This document shows positions 11,431 through 19,942 of a stretch of 64,000 nt of DNA, piece by piece; position 1 is the first letter of the stretch, and each line of letters begins with the position of its first letter. Source of the DNA: Candidatus Kapaibacterium sp. (GTDB lineage: Bacteria; Bacteroidota; Ignavibacteria; Kapaibacteriales; UBA2268); contig JAMLHE010000018.1 in assembly GCA_023957315.1 (NCBI GenBank), forward strand, positions 1,616-65,615, given 5' to 3'. A program made the translations under genes and the position numbers. The notes beneath the pieces are model-generated. The model was given only the letters and a program-made list of their open reading frames with translations. It was not told the DNA's origin and made no database searches.

Positions 11431-14400
11431 GTGCGGGTGATTACAGCCAATGCGGCTGATGCGTCCAAAATTACTATCGGACCGATTGCAGTAAGCTGGG
11501 ACGGCAGAATGATTTCGACTCAGATATTCGTTTCGCATACTTTGTCGCCCAATTCTTTTGAAGCTCTTACCTTAAATCCCGAATTTGTAATACCATTAAA
11601 AGTTGTAGTAAATGGGGTAGAATCTGCTCCATTTAATTATTATATAGTGCGTCCGCGACCTTTTTTCAACGGAAATGTCAACCAAACTGATGTGGTTTTT
11701 GGTGCGGGAGCTTTGGGCGTGCGTTCTCCGAGAGGGGCAATGATATTTGATTCACTCCAACTTGGTGGCAGAGAATATAAAGTCTCGATGAATGATTGCG
11801 ACCCGAATTTAGATGGCAACCAAGCTTATTTACCTTTTGTATTATTAAGCAAAGGTCCAATTCGCGGCACAACGGGTACAATTATAAGTGTAAATGCCGG
11901 AGAAGAAGGAAATAATTTAGTTCAACAAGGCGGACCCGGCGGTGGCGGTGGTGGTGGCAGTTTTTGCGACTGGACAGGCATGGGTTTTCGCGGTGGTGAT
12001 GGCTTTACAGGCGGTGGTCCCGGTGGCAGAAATCGTTCAGGAAATCCGGTCACAAGTGATGCGTATGCAGCTGCAGGTGTAGGTACCGGTCCAAATTTGA
12101 TTGTTGATAATAAAATTGGTGGTTATAGTATAAATGCTGTCCTCGGTGGTACAACTCCTGCATACGAAGCTGCTGCAGGTGGTACAGGGCATCCTTTCGG
12201 ATTATCAGGTACAGGATGTAATAGTGGTAATAGTTGCGAACCCGATGGGGGATTTGGTGCCGGAAGCGGTTACCAACAAAATTCTCCGGGCGGTGCAGCC
12301 GGTTATGCTACCATAGGGCAAGGCGGCAGAGGGAACACGAACGGCTTTGTTCATGGTAATGATATGGTCGTTCCGATAGCAGGTGGTTCAGGAGGATCCG
12401 GAGGAAATCCACAATGTGCTTTTGACTGTTCTGCTGCAGGTGGCGGCGGTGGCGGTGCCATACGCCTTTTTGCTTCAAGCATCGAGTCTATCTCAGTGAG
12501 TGCTAAAGGCAAAGGCGGCGCAATTAACGGTTGTGGCGATAGCCAAGGTGGTAGCGGCTCCGGTGGGCATATTGGTCTCCATGCCAAATCTAATATAACA
12601 AATATTGGAATAGAGGTCGCAGGAGGAACAAATACAAGAGGTTCGGTCACTACAACAGGTGGAGCCGGACGATTTCGTTATGATGTGCTAACACAAGGTG
12701 GCTTAACTACTTCACCCGCGAATGCTTCAAATTTTCGCGGAATTGTAACTGACAGCTCCAAATGGGTTACTCGTGATTTTACTCTACGCGGGTTTCAGAA
12801 TTCTAGCACTCGCCAAGGCAAGACTGAATTATATATGAAATCTGAAAGTACAGATTGGACTTTAATTGGCGAAATTGCTGAGGATTTTTCGGGCATTTGG
12901 AACCAAAACATTACATTGCCTGAACCTGACAAAATATTTTATCTCGTAGCGGTTCAAGAAATAAAAAATCCATCGAGTATTGATTATGTTGCTGTCCCTA
13001 CTCATATTATGTCCCAGTCTGCTGCAAATATTTTCCTTGTTGATCTCAACGCTAAAGGTATTTTCCCCGATAAAGCCGAATATTCAGGCATTCATTGTTT
13101 GGGAGATACTTTGACATTTGCTTTTGAAATTGAAAATGAAGCTACTGCAAATAATAATTTATTGGTGACTTTAGATGATGTTAATTGGATGTTTGGAAAT
13201 AACGGATTTTGGATTGATTCTCCCATAGGTGATATTAGTATCGCTCCCGGAGATAAAATCGAAGTGGTTGTTAAATATCAATATTTGGGTGGTGATAAAA
13301 CTTTTATTTCAAATCGCCTCAGAATTCCTAATAACGACCCATTGCAAAATCCTGCTTTAGTGGACATTTTTGTATCGGATGTTGACGAGCCCGAATTATC
13401 TACAATCGGTGTCAATCCCGATGATTTCACATTCCCTGAAACTCGAGTCGGTCAATCATCAGATATAGTCGTCGTTTTACGAAATACAGGCACAACGCCA
13501 CTGAGATTTGAAAATTTCCCGAGCATTGGCAATCCTTTTTCGGTTGTTTCCATGTTTCCAGCACCACCAACAACCATTGCAATAGGTGCTGAATTTGAAG
13601 TGACAGTTAGATTTACTCCAACATCTGAAGGTGATTTCAATGCAATTCTGAATTCGATTGCAGTCAAAAGTGATATTAGTTGCGATGCCGAAAATAATAC
13701 TGAACTCTTTGGCACTGCTGTCCAATCAGCTTTGGATATTGACAAATATTTAGTTGATTTCGGTCGTGTGCCGCATTGCATGGTAGCATTCGATACTATT
13801 AAAATCCAAAATACAGGAACGACAGACATCACATTTTACTTGCCGGATATAGATGGAGTAGATTCCGATATGTTTACAATTACGAATCAGGTCGAGTATC
13901 CTATCACGCTAAATGCGAACGAGAATCCACCTTCAGGATTTACAATCGCATTGAAATTTGACCCTATGGGCTCGGCAACAGGTGCGAAAAATGCTCGTTT
14001 GGTACTAACTACTGATGACCCTGAAAATAGCCCGATTGAAATCACTCTTACAGCCGAAGTTATGGGATTCAATGTTACGGCTGCTCCGCCTTCAATAGAT
14101 TTCGGAAATGTTTACGTTGGATTCGAAACTGAACGGCAAATTGTAATGACAAACAATGCCGATTTCGAGGAATTTATTTCTTCTCTGTCGGTTCAATTCC
14201 CGGGATTAGTTGCAGGAGCGCCGAACCCACTGACTATTAGTGGATTTGGTGATTCGGAGTTTACAGTGACCTTGATTTCCGAATCTGCCGGCATTACGAA
14301 TGGTTCGATTAAAGTTTATTTCGATAAGCCATGTATTGATTCTCTCGAAATTCCTATCAGAGCAAACGGTTTGCTGTCATACCCAACAATTATGTTTGAG

Positions 14401-15813
14401 GATGAAGTGGTATTGAGTTTTCCTACACCAAACACTGTCACTAAAGTTGATACTTTGGAAATGGGTGTATTCCCGCCATGTATCGTTGACCCGATTCGCC
14501 ATCTTAAGATTTTTGATTATCTGAACAATTCGTCCGCTCCATACATAATTATGAGCGAAAACTTGATTGATGCAACCGGAAGATTTTTTAGTGACCAATC
14601 GGCTATCAATCCACCGGATACTATCAATCCTACATTCAATCAAACCGGTGCTCAAATTTACTTTGATTCCGATGGTGCTGCAGATGGTGAGTATCTCGCC
14701 GAATTTAGAGTTGATATTTATAGAAACGGAAATATCGAAACTTATTCATACATTTTAAGAGCTGTAGTTATTTCAGGTGAAATTACTACCAATCCATTGG
14801 CTATTAATTTGAATGCTTTCGTTGGCGATTCTGAAAATGGAGAGTGGACTTTGGTCAATCAAGGACCTTGGAATGTTCAAATTATGTCGGTCAATTTCAC
14901 AGGCGACCCGACTGTATGGAGCTATACACCCGACCCGACTAATTTTGTATTGGATGCTTTTAGTAACAATACTTTGACAATGAGTTTCACATTTACTCCT
15001 CAAGACGAAATTGATTATCCTGCAACAATGGAATTGGTGCTTAATGTTGGCGGTTGCGAACGCATTGTATCGTTTGATTTGAATGGTGCTGGCTCACCAT
15101 CATTTGCGATGTCACTTAGAATGCCGGACTTAATAGCCGACCCGACCGACGATAATTTCAAAGTTCCGATTTATGCCAGAGTTGACATGGTTAATCCAAT
15201 TACAGACCAATTCATTCTCGAATCAATAATATTGAGCTTCAATCGCAGCCTTTATTATCCTGTAGCTGTGAGTAATGGGCAAATAGTCGGTGAAAATTAT
15301 ATCGGCAATCAACGCATAGTTGAGATTCGGGTTCCAATAGAAACAACTATGCTAAACAATAGCGTAGGGCAGGAATTTATTTTGACCGAATTAACCGGAT
15401 ATGCAATGTTGGGCAATGAAAAATCTACAATACTTGAACTCGGTGATATTGCTCATAATTATGGCTCACGAGTGAAAGAAATCGCTACAACTTCGGGCTC
15501 GATTACAATCGAAATTTGCGAGGAGGGCGACGAACGTCTGTTAGAGAGAAATGAACCATTCTCGGCTGTTTTGTCGCCTAACCCCGCTAACGGCTTTGTG
15601 AAAATGACTCTTCGAGCACTCGAAAAAGGCACACATACTATTTCAATCAGAGATTTGAACGGCAATACAGTTCATACTGAATATTTAAATACAAATCCGG
15701 GCGGAATTTACGAATTGACTTTTGGAATCGAATCATTGCCATCAGGCTTGTATTATACCGAAATCAGTTCGCCAACGCAAGTTCTTACTTTACCAATTAT
15801 GATAACCAAATAA
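11431..15813 (+). CDS. Very large secreted surface protein: Gly-rich domain, multiple choice-of-anchor-D/ASH-like Ig-fold repeats, T9SS C-terminal sorting domain. N-terminus apparently disrupted (see finding)
   Basis: 1460-aa ORF starting at GTG. Repeated ..DFG.V..G......I.N.G.. modules (DFGRVPHCMVAFDTIKIQNTGTTDITF; DFGNVYVGFETERQIVMTNNADFEEF). C-terminus LSPNPANGFVKMTL...GLYYTEI...TLPIMITK resembles a T9SS CTD. The signal peptide lies upstream at 11238 in another frame. Confidence 0.75.
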   Translation: MRVITANAADASKITIGPIAVSWDGRMISTQIFVSHTLSPNSFEALTLNPEFVIPLKVVVNGVESAPFNYYIVRPRPFFNGNVNQTDVVFGAGALGVRSPRGAMIFDSLQLGGREYKVSMNDCDPNLDGNQAYLPFVLLSKGPIRGTTGTIISVNAGEEGNNLVQQGGPGGGGGGGSFCDWTGMGFRGGDGFTGGGPGGRNRSGNPVTSDAYAAAGVGTGPNLIVDNKIGGYSINAVLGGTTPAYEAAAGGTGHPFGLSGTGCNSGNSCEPDGGFGAGSGYQQNSPGGAAGYATIGQGGRGNTNGFVHGNDMVVPIAGGSGGSGGNPQCAFDCSAAGGGGGGAIRLFASSIESISVSAKGKGGAINGCGDSQGGSGSGGHIGLHAKSNITNIGIEVAGGTNTRGSVTTTGGAGRFRYDVLTQGGLTTSPANASNFRGIVTDSSKWVTRDFTLRGFQNSSTRQGKTELYMKSESTDWTLIGEIAEDFSGIWNQNITLPEPDKIFYLVAVQEIKNPSSIDYVAVPTHIMSQSAANIFLVDLNAKGIFPDKAEYSGIHCLGDTLTFAFEIENEATANNNLLVTLDDVNWMFGNNGFWIDSPIGDISIAPGDKIEVVVKYQYLGGDKTFISNRLRIPNNDPLQNPALVDIFVSDVDEPELSTIGVNPDDFTFPETRVGQSSDIVVVLRNTGTTPLRFENFPSIGNPFSVVSMFPAPPTTIAIGAEFEVTVRFTPTSEGDFNAILNSIAVKSDISCDAENNTELFGTAVQSALDIDKYLVDFGRVPHCMVAFDTIKIQNTGTTDITFYLPDIDGVDSDMFTITNQVEYPITLNANENPPSGFTIALKFDPMGSATGAKNARLVLTTDDPENSPIEITLTAEVMGFNVTAAPPSIDFGNVYVGFETERQIVMTNNADFEEFISSLSVQFPGLVAGAPNPLTISGFGDSEFTVTLISESAGITNGSIKVYFDKPCIDSLEIPIRANGLLSYPTIMFEDEVVLSFPTPNTVTKVDTLEMGVFPPCIVDPIRHLKIFDYLNNSSAPYIIMSENLIDATGRFFSDQSAINPPDTINPTFNQTGAQIYFDSDGAADGEYLAEFRVDIYRNGNIETYSYILRAVVISGEITTNPLAINLNAFVGDSENGEWTLVNQGPWNVQIMSVNFTGDPTVWSYTPDPTNFVLDAFSNNTLTMSFTFTPQDEIDYPATMELVLNVGGCERIVSFDLNGAGSPSFAMSLRMPDLIADPTDDNFKVPIYARVDMVNPITDQFILESIILSFNRSLYYPVAVSNGQIVGENYIGNQRIVEIRVPIETTMLNNSVGQEFILTELTGYAMLGNEKSTILELGDIAHNYGSRVKEIATTSGSITIEICEEGDERLLERNEPFSAVLSPNPANGFVKMTLRALEKGTHTISIRDLNGNTVHTEYLNTNPGGIYELTFGIESLPSGLYYTEISSPTQVLTLPIMITK

Positions 15814-15820
15814 CGAGGAA

Positions 15821-17965
15821 ATGATGAGAAAATATTTTTTAATTTTAGCTTTAATTATAACTACAATTTGTCTTAATGCTCAAGAAAATCGAAATGTAAT
15901 TTTTTATTGGGGTGCATATGGCGGACTAAATCTGAATATGCACACTGCTGACTTTCAACAATTGCCCGGATATCCTAATTGTTGCCCAAAATTTACAGGC
16001 GGCAATGGTACCGGATTCGATTTCGGAGCCTTGTTTGAATACCCTTTGCAAAGCAAACTAAACATTACTGCACGCATTGGGCTTAACTCGCTTGGTGCAG
16101 ATTTATCCGAAACTCAAATCATCGGTAATTCGGAACTTGTATCGAGCACTCCACCTCATGAAACAACTGGTGTAGCCAACGCCGAATCGGAATATTTGAT
16201 TGAATCGTCGCTGCAAACTTTTTATATCGAACCCGGTGTGGATTACGAATTTGTAAAAGGCTTCCTGCTTTCGGGCGGTTTCAGGCTTGGATTCCTAATG
16301 GAAGGAACTTTCGACCAATCAGAAACTTTGCTCACTCCAAATGATGTGATTTTCAAAAATGAACAATCCCGAATCCGTAACGAAAGCCAAGGCGATGAAA
16401 TACCGGGTTTGCCAGGGACTTTATTTCATCTTTACCTCGGATTGGGTTACAAAGTGCCGATTGGACCAAATTCATTTTTGGTTCCCGAAGTTAGATATTA
16501 TCAAGCTTTGAATAAAATTTCATCTGAATCTTGGTATGCTTCAAATCTTAAATTAGGTGTGGCGGTTAAATTCCCTGTTTACGAAAGTCAAGAAATGAAA
16601 AGAATTCAAGAGTACAGATACGAACGCGATACTTTGACAAATTATGTTGTTGGATTGAAATCACCAAGCATTAAATTGATTTCAGAAAGTCGAAAGAGCC
16701 TCTTCAACATGCTCGACCCGTCAACTGAGGTAGAAATCATCACAGTTACCGAAAATTATTTGCAGGAATTGCCCAAAGATGCCTTACTTAATGTCGCTCT
16801 GAATACTTACGGATTATCAACGGACGGTGCCGTTGTCGAGAATCCTACAATAATTATCGAAGAAATTGAATCGGAGGAATTATTTCCCGTATTGCCATAT
16901 GTCTTTTTTCCCGAAAACTCGTCTGATTTGAATTCCTCACGACTGAATTTGCTCACAAAATCACAGCAACCCGAATTTAGTATGGATGAATTACCATGGG
17001 CAACATTAGAAATTTATTCGCACATGCTTAATATCGTCGGTAAAAGGCTGCAGGAAAATCCATCAGCAAAAATCACATTGACCGGAACTAACAGCAACTC
17101 TAATTCCGAACGTGGCAACACAGAACTTTCGCGTCAAAGAGCGAATAATGTAGCTAAATATTTAGAGACTGTGTGGGACATTAATCCAAACCGAATGACA
17201 ATCCAAGCTCGCAATTTACCCGAATTCCCGGGCAATGTTGACCGTCCCGAAGGCGTTGAGGAAAACCGCAGAGTCGAGATTAGTTCTAATAATTCAGCGA
17301 TTCTGAGTCCTGTCAGTATGAAAGATATTATTCGCAAAGCGAATCCTCCAACATTGATGGCAGACCCAATCGTCCAATCTGACGCGGGAGTAGCCGAATG
17401 GAGCATCAATATTATGCAAGATAATGTATTATTGCGTGAGTTCAAAGGTACCGGCAACCCTGAAAGAGTAAGGTGGGACATCGAAATAAAACCAATCCCG
17501 ACTTTGGAAAGACCCGTTCAAATTAATTTGGATGTTAAGGATAATTTAGGGCAAATTGGCTCTGTTACTGATTCTCGCGACATTAAGCAACTTACAATTC
17601 GCAAAAAACGCTTTGAAATGAAAGATGATAAGCGCGTCGAAAAGTATTCTTTAATTTTGTTCGATTATGATAAGGCTGATATTAAAGGAGTTAACAAATC
17701 AATTGTTGATGAAATTAAGAAAAAAATTGAGCCAAATTCCAAAGTTACAATTTTGGGATACGCAGATAGAACAGGTGAATTCGAATATAATCGCGAACTT
17801 GCCGGCAGACGTACGGCAGAAGTGCAAAAAATATTAAAGGTAAAACCCGAGAATTTGGCAATTAGAAATATCGGCAGCGATATTTTGCTTTTTGATAATA
17901 ATTCGCCTTTCGGTCGCAGCTATTGCCGTACCGTTCAAATTATTGTCGAAACCCCGGTTAATTAA
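15821..17965 (+). CDS. OmpA-family outer-membrane protein with N-terminal beta-barrel-like region and two OmpA-like domains
   Basis: 714 aa with a signal peptide. OmpA-like blocks KITLTGTNSNSNSERGNTELSRQRANNVAKYL...NRRVEI and VTILGYADRTGEFEYNRELAGRRTAEV. Confidence 0.8.
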   Translation: MMRKYFLILALIITTICLNAQENRNVIFYWGAYGGLNLNMHTADFQQLPGYPNCCPKFTGGNGTGFDFGALFEYPLQSKLNITARIGLNSLGADLSETQIIGNSELVSSTPPHETTGVANAESEYLIESSLQTFYIEPGVDYEFVKGFLLSGGFRLGFLMEGTFDQSETLLTPNDVIFKNEQSRIRNESQGDEIPGLPGTLFHLYLGLGYKVPIGPNSFLVPEVRYYQALNKISSESWYASNLKLGVAVKFPVYESQEMKRIQEYRYERDTLTNYVVGLKSPSIKLISESRKSLFNMLDPSTEVEIITVTENYLQELPKDALLNVALNTYGLSTDGAVVENPTIIIEEIESEELFPVLPYVFFPENSSDLNSSRLNLLTKSQQPEFSMDELPWATLEIYSHMLNIVGKRLQENPSAKITLTGTNSNSNSERGNTELSRQRANNVAKYLETVWDINPNRMTIQARNLPEFPGNVDRPEGVEENRRVEISSNNSAILSPVSMKDIIRKANPPTLMADPIVQSDAGVAEWSINIMQDNVLLREFKGTGNPERVRWDIEIKPIPTLERPVQINLDVKDNLGQIGSVTDSRDIKQLTIRKKRFEMKDDKRVEKYSLILFDYDKADIKGVNKSIVDEIKKKIEPNSKVTILGYADRTGEFEYNRELAGRRTAEVQKILKVKPENLAIRNIGSDILLFDNNSPFGRSYCRTVQIIVETPVN

Positions 17966-18039
17966 TTATTATTAACAAATGTAAAGTATTTGATTAAATT
18001 CGTCAATATAAATAGTAGTAAAAATAGATAGGAGTCACT

Positions 18040-18450
18040 GTGTTTCAGAAATTATTAATTATTGGAATTTTTGCAATATTTATTGCTTCATGCGAAGAAG
18101 GAATTGTGAGCGAATGTCCTACAAATTTGGATGATGTCAAATTTGTAGCTACTTTCTCTTCGATTCAGACAGAATTATTAACGAAGAATTGTGCACTTTC
18201 CGGTTGCCATGCAGGTTCTATTCCTGCCGGTGGCTTGGTTTTGACATCGGAAGTGGCATATAATAATATTGTTAATAAAATTGCATTCGGTGAAACAATG
18301 TATATCGAACCCGGTGACCCCGATAACAGCTATTTATACCAAAGAGTTAATACAAATACAAGCAGCGTAATGCCTCCAACCGGAAAACTACCTCAATACA
18401 TGATTGACACATTGAGAGTGTGGATTGAAAACGGAGCTTTAAATAATTAA
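18040..18450 (+). CDS. Small lipoprotein with CX4CH motif (possible c-type haem or metal site)
   Basis: 136 aa, GTG start, lipobox FIASC. CALSGCH at nt 18190-18210. Confidence 0.55.
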   Translation: MFQKLLIIGIFAIFIASCEEGIVSECPTNLDDVKFVATFSSIQTELLTKNCALSGCHAGSIPAGGLVLTSEVAYNNIVNKIAFGETMYIEPGDPDNSYLYQRVNTNTSSVMPPTGKLPQYMIDTLRVWIENGALNN

Positions 18451-18466
18451 TTAAGGATTTAATGAA

Positions 18467-19030
18467 ATGAAAAACCTAATATATATAATAATATTTCTTG
18501 TGGCATTTAATTTTGCTAATGCTCAAGAATATCAAGTAGATAAGACGAAGAAGAATCTTGTCAAATTCACCTCAGATACACCGGTTGAAAGTTTTGACGG
18601 CGTGACAAACAAGATTGACGGTTATCTTTACATGAAATCAGATAATTTGAAAGATGCCGAGATTTATTTCGAGGTTGATTTGAATTCCGTTGATACAGGA
18701 ATCGGGCTTAGAAATCGCCACATGCGCGAAGATTATTTGCATACCGATAAATATCAATTTACTAATTTCAAGGGCAATATTACATCAGTCAAAGACATTT
18801 CTCAAACCGAATTTGATGTTGTGGTCAACGGTAAAATATTTATTCACGGCGTCACTCGCGATATTAAAATCGATGGTAAAATATATAAAGTGCCAAACGG
18901 CTATCAGCTAAAATCGCAATTTATCGTAAAATTGCCTGATTATAATATTAAAGTGCCGAAATTTATGTTTGTTCGTATCAGCGAAGATATTCAACTTACG
19001 CTTGATTTTTTTGTAAAAAGCAATAATTAA
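18467..19030 (+). CDS. YceI-family (polyisoprenoid-binding-like) periplasmic protein
   Basis: 187 aa, signal peptide. Pattern VKFTSDTPVESFDGVTNKIDGYLY...VDLNSVDTGIGLRNRHM is typical of YceI-like proteins. Confidence 0.75.
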   Translation: MKNLIYIIIFLVAFNFANAQEYQVDKTKKNLVKFTSDTPVESFDGVTNKIDGYLYMKSDNLKDAEIYFEVDLNSVDTGIGLRNRHMREDYLHTDKYQFTNFKGNITSVKDISQTEFDVVVNGKIFIHGVTRDIKIDGKIYKVPNGYQLKSQFIVKLPDYNIKVPKFMFVRISEDIQLTLDFFVKSNN

Positions 19031-19041
19031 TTGGGGAGACC

Positions 19042-19854
19042 ATGAAATATTTTGTAATATTATTTTTATTTATTTCTTGTATAATTGCCTATTCGCAACC
19101 AAGTTGGCAACGTGAAGCACCTGCTGAATTGCCATTGCAACTATTTTCATCGCCTGATGCATTAAATTTGCCCACAACGGAAACTTTGCAAAAAGGCGAT
19201 ATTTATTTCCATATTTCGCATAAATTTCTTGTGCCTGTTTCAGAAGGCATTGATGAACTTTTCGGCTTTGACGGCAGTATCTATATGCGTTTAGGCTTAG
19301 GCTACGGAATTGCGGATAACCTCTTTGCACAATTAGGACGTAGTAATTTAAATGGAAATATAGACTTACAGCTAAAATGGAAAGTTTTGGAAATTAATAG
19401 CGATGTTTTGCCCTTAGCAATTGCTGTGAATGGTGGCGTCGCTTATAATTCCAAAGTTGTGAACGAACCGGCGGATAAATCGAGACTGTGGCAATATTAC
19501 GGTTTCATTATCGCAAACACTATGGTTGGCAAGTCGCTCGGATTGGGGATTTCACCCGGATTTTTGTACAATGCTAATTTGTTTTGCGAAGAGCCAATCA
19601 ATTCCTGGACAATGGGAGCATACGCCCAATACTTTTTCGATGAGCGCTGGAGCGTGATTGCCGAAGCGAACCCGACATTGAACGGTTGGAGGCAATTCTA
19701 CAACACATACTCGCTCGGAATGGAAATTGAAACTGCGGGACACTTCTTCAAAGTGGCGCTCTCCAACAACGTTTACACTAACTTCTCACAATTTATGACA
19801 GGGTCAGTGGATGACAAACTCCACATCACTTTCCTCATCACCAGAGTATTATAA
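19042..19854 (+). CDS. Predicted outer-membrane beta-barrel protein (DUF5777-like by recollection)
   Basis: 270 aa, signal peptide, alternating amphipathic strands, aromatic-rich C-terminus. The family name comes from memory of gene neighbourhoods with YceI and is not verified. Confidence 0.5.
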   Translation: MKYFVILFLFISCIIAYSQPSWQREAPAELPLQLFSSPDALNLPTTETLQKGDIYFHISHKFLVPVSEGIDELFGFDGSIYMRLGLGYGIADNLFAQLGRSNLNGNIDLQLKWKVLEINSDVLPLAIAVNGGVAYNSKVVNEPADKSRLWQYYGFIIANTMVGKSLGLGISPGFLYNANLFCEEPINSWTMGAYAQYFFDERWSVIAEANPTLNGWRQFYNTYSLGMEIETAGHFFKVALSNNVYTNFSQFMTGSVDDKLHITFLITRVL

Positions 19855-19890
19855 TTCGAATAAATAATTAAATAATTATTTATTAAAATA

Positions 19891-19929
19891 AAAAAGGGAG
19901 ATGAAAAATAATATTCATCTCCCATTTTA
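19891..19929. terminator. Bidirectional hairpin terminator between convergent genes (19042 ORF and leuS)
   Basis: A-run, 10-bp stem GGGAGATGAA/TTCATCTCCC (19896-19905 / 19914-19923), then a T-rich tail. Confidence 0.6.
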
Positions 19930-19942
19930 AATAACATAATTT

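Noticed and set aside
12351-12650. 99-aa proline-rich ORF on the minus strand (…RRMAPPPPPPAAEQ…)
   Set aside because: It is the antisense shadow of the glycine-rich (GGN codon) part of the 11431-15813 gene. It has no independent start context or signals.
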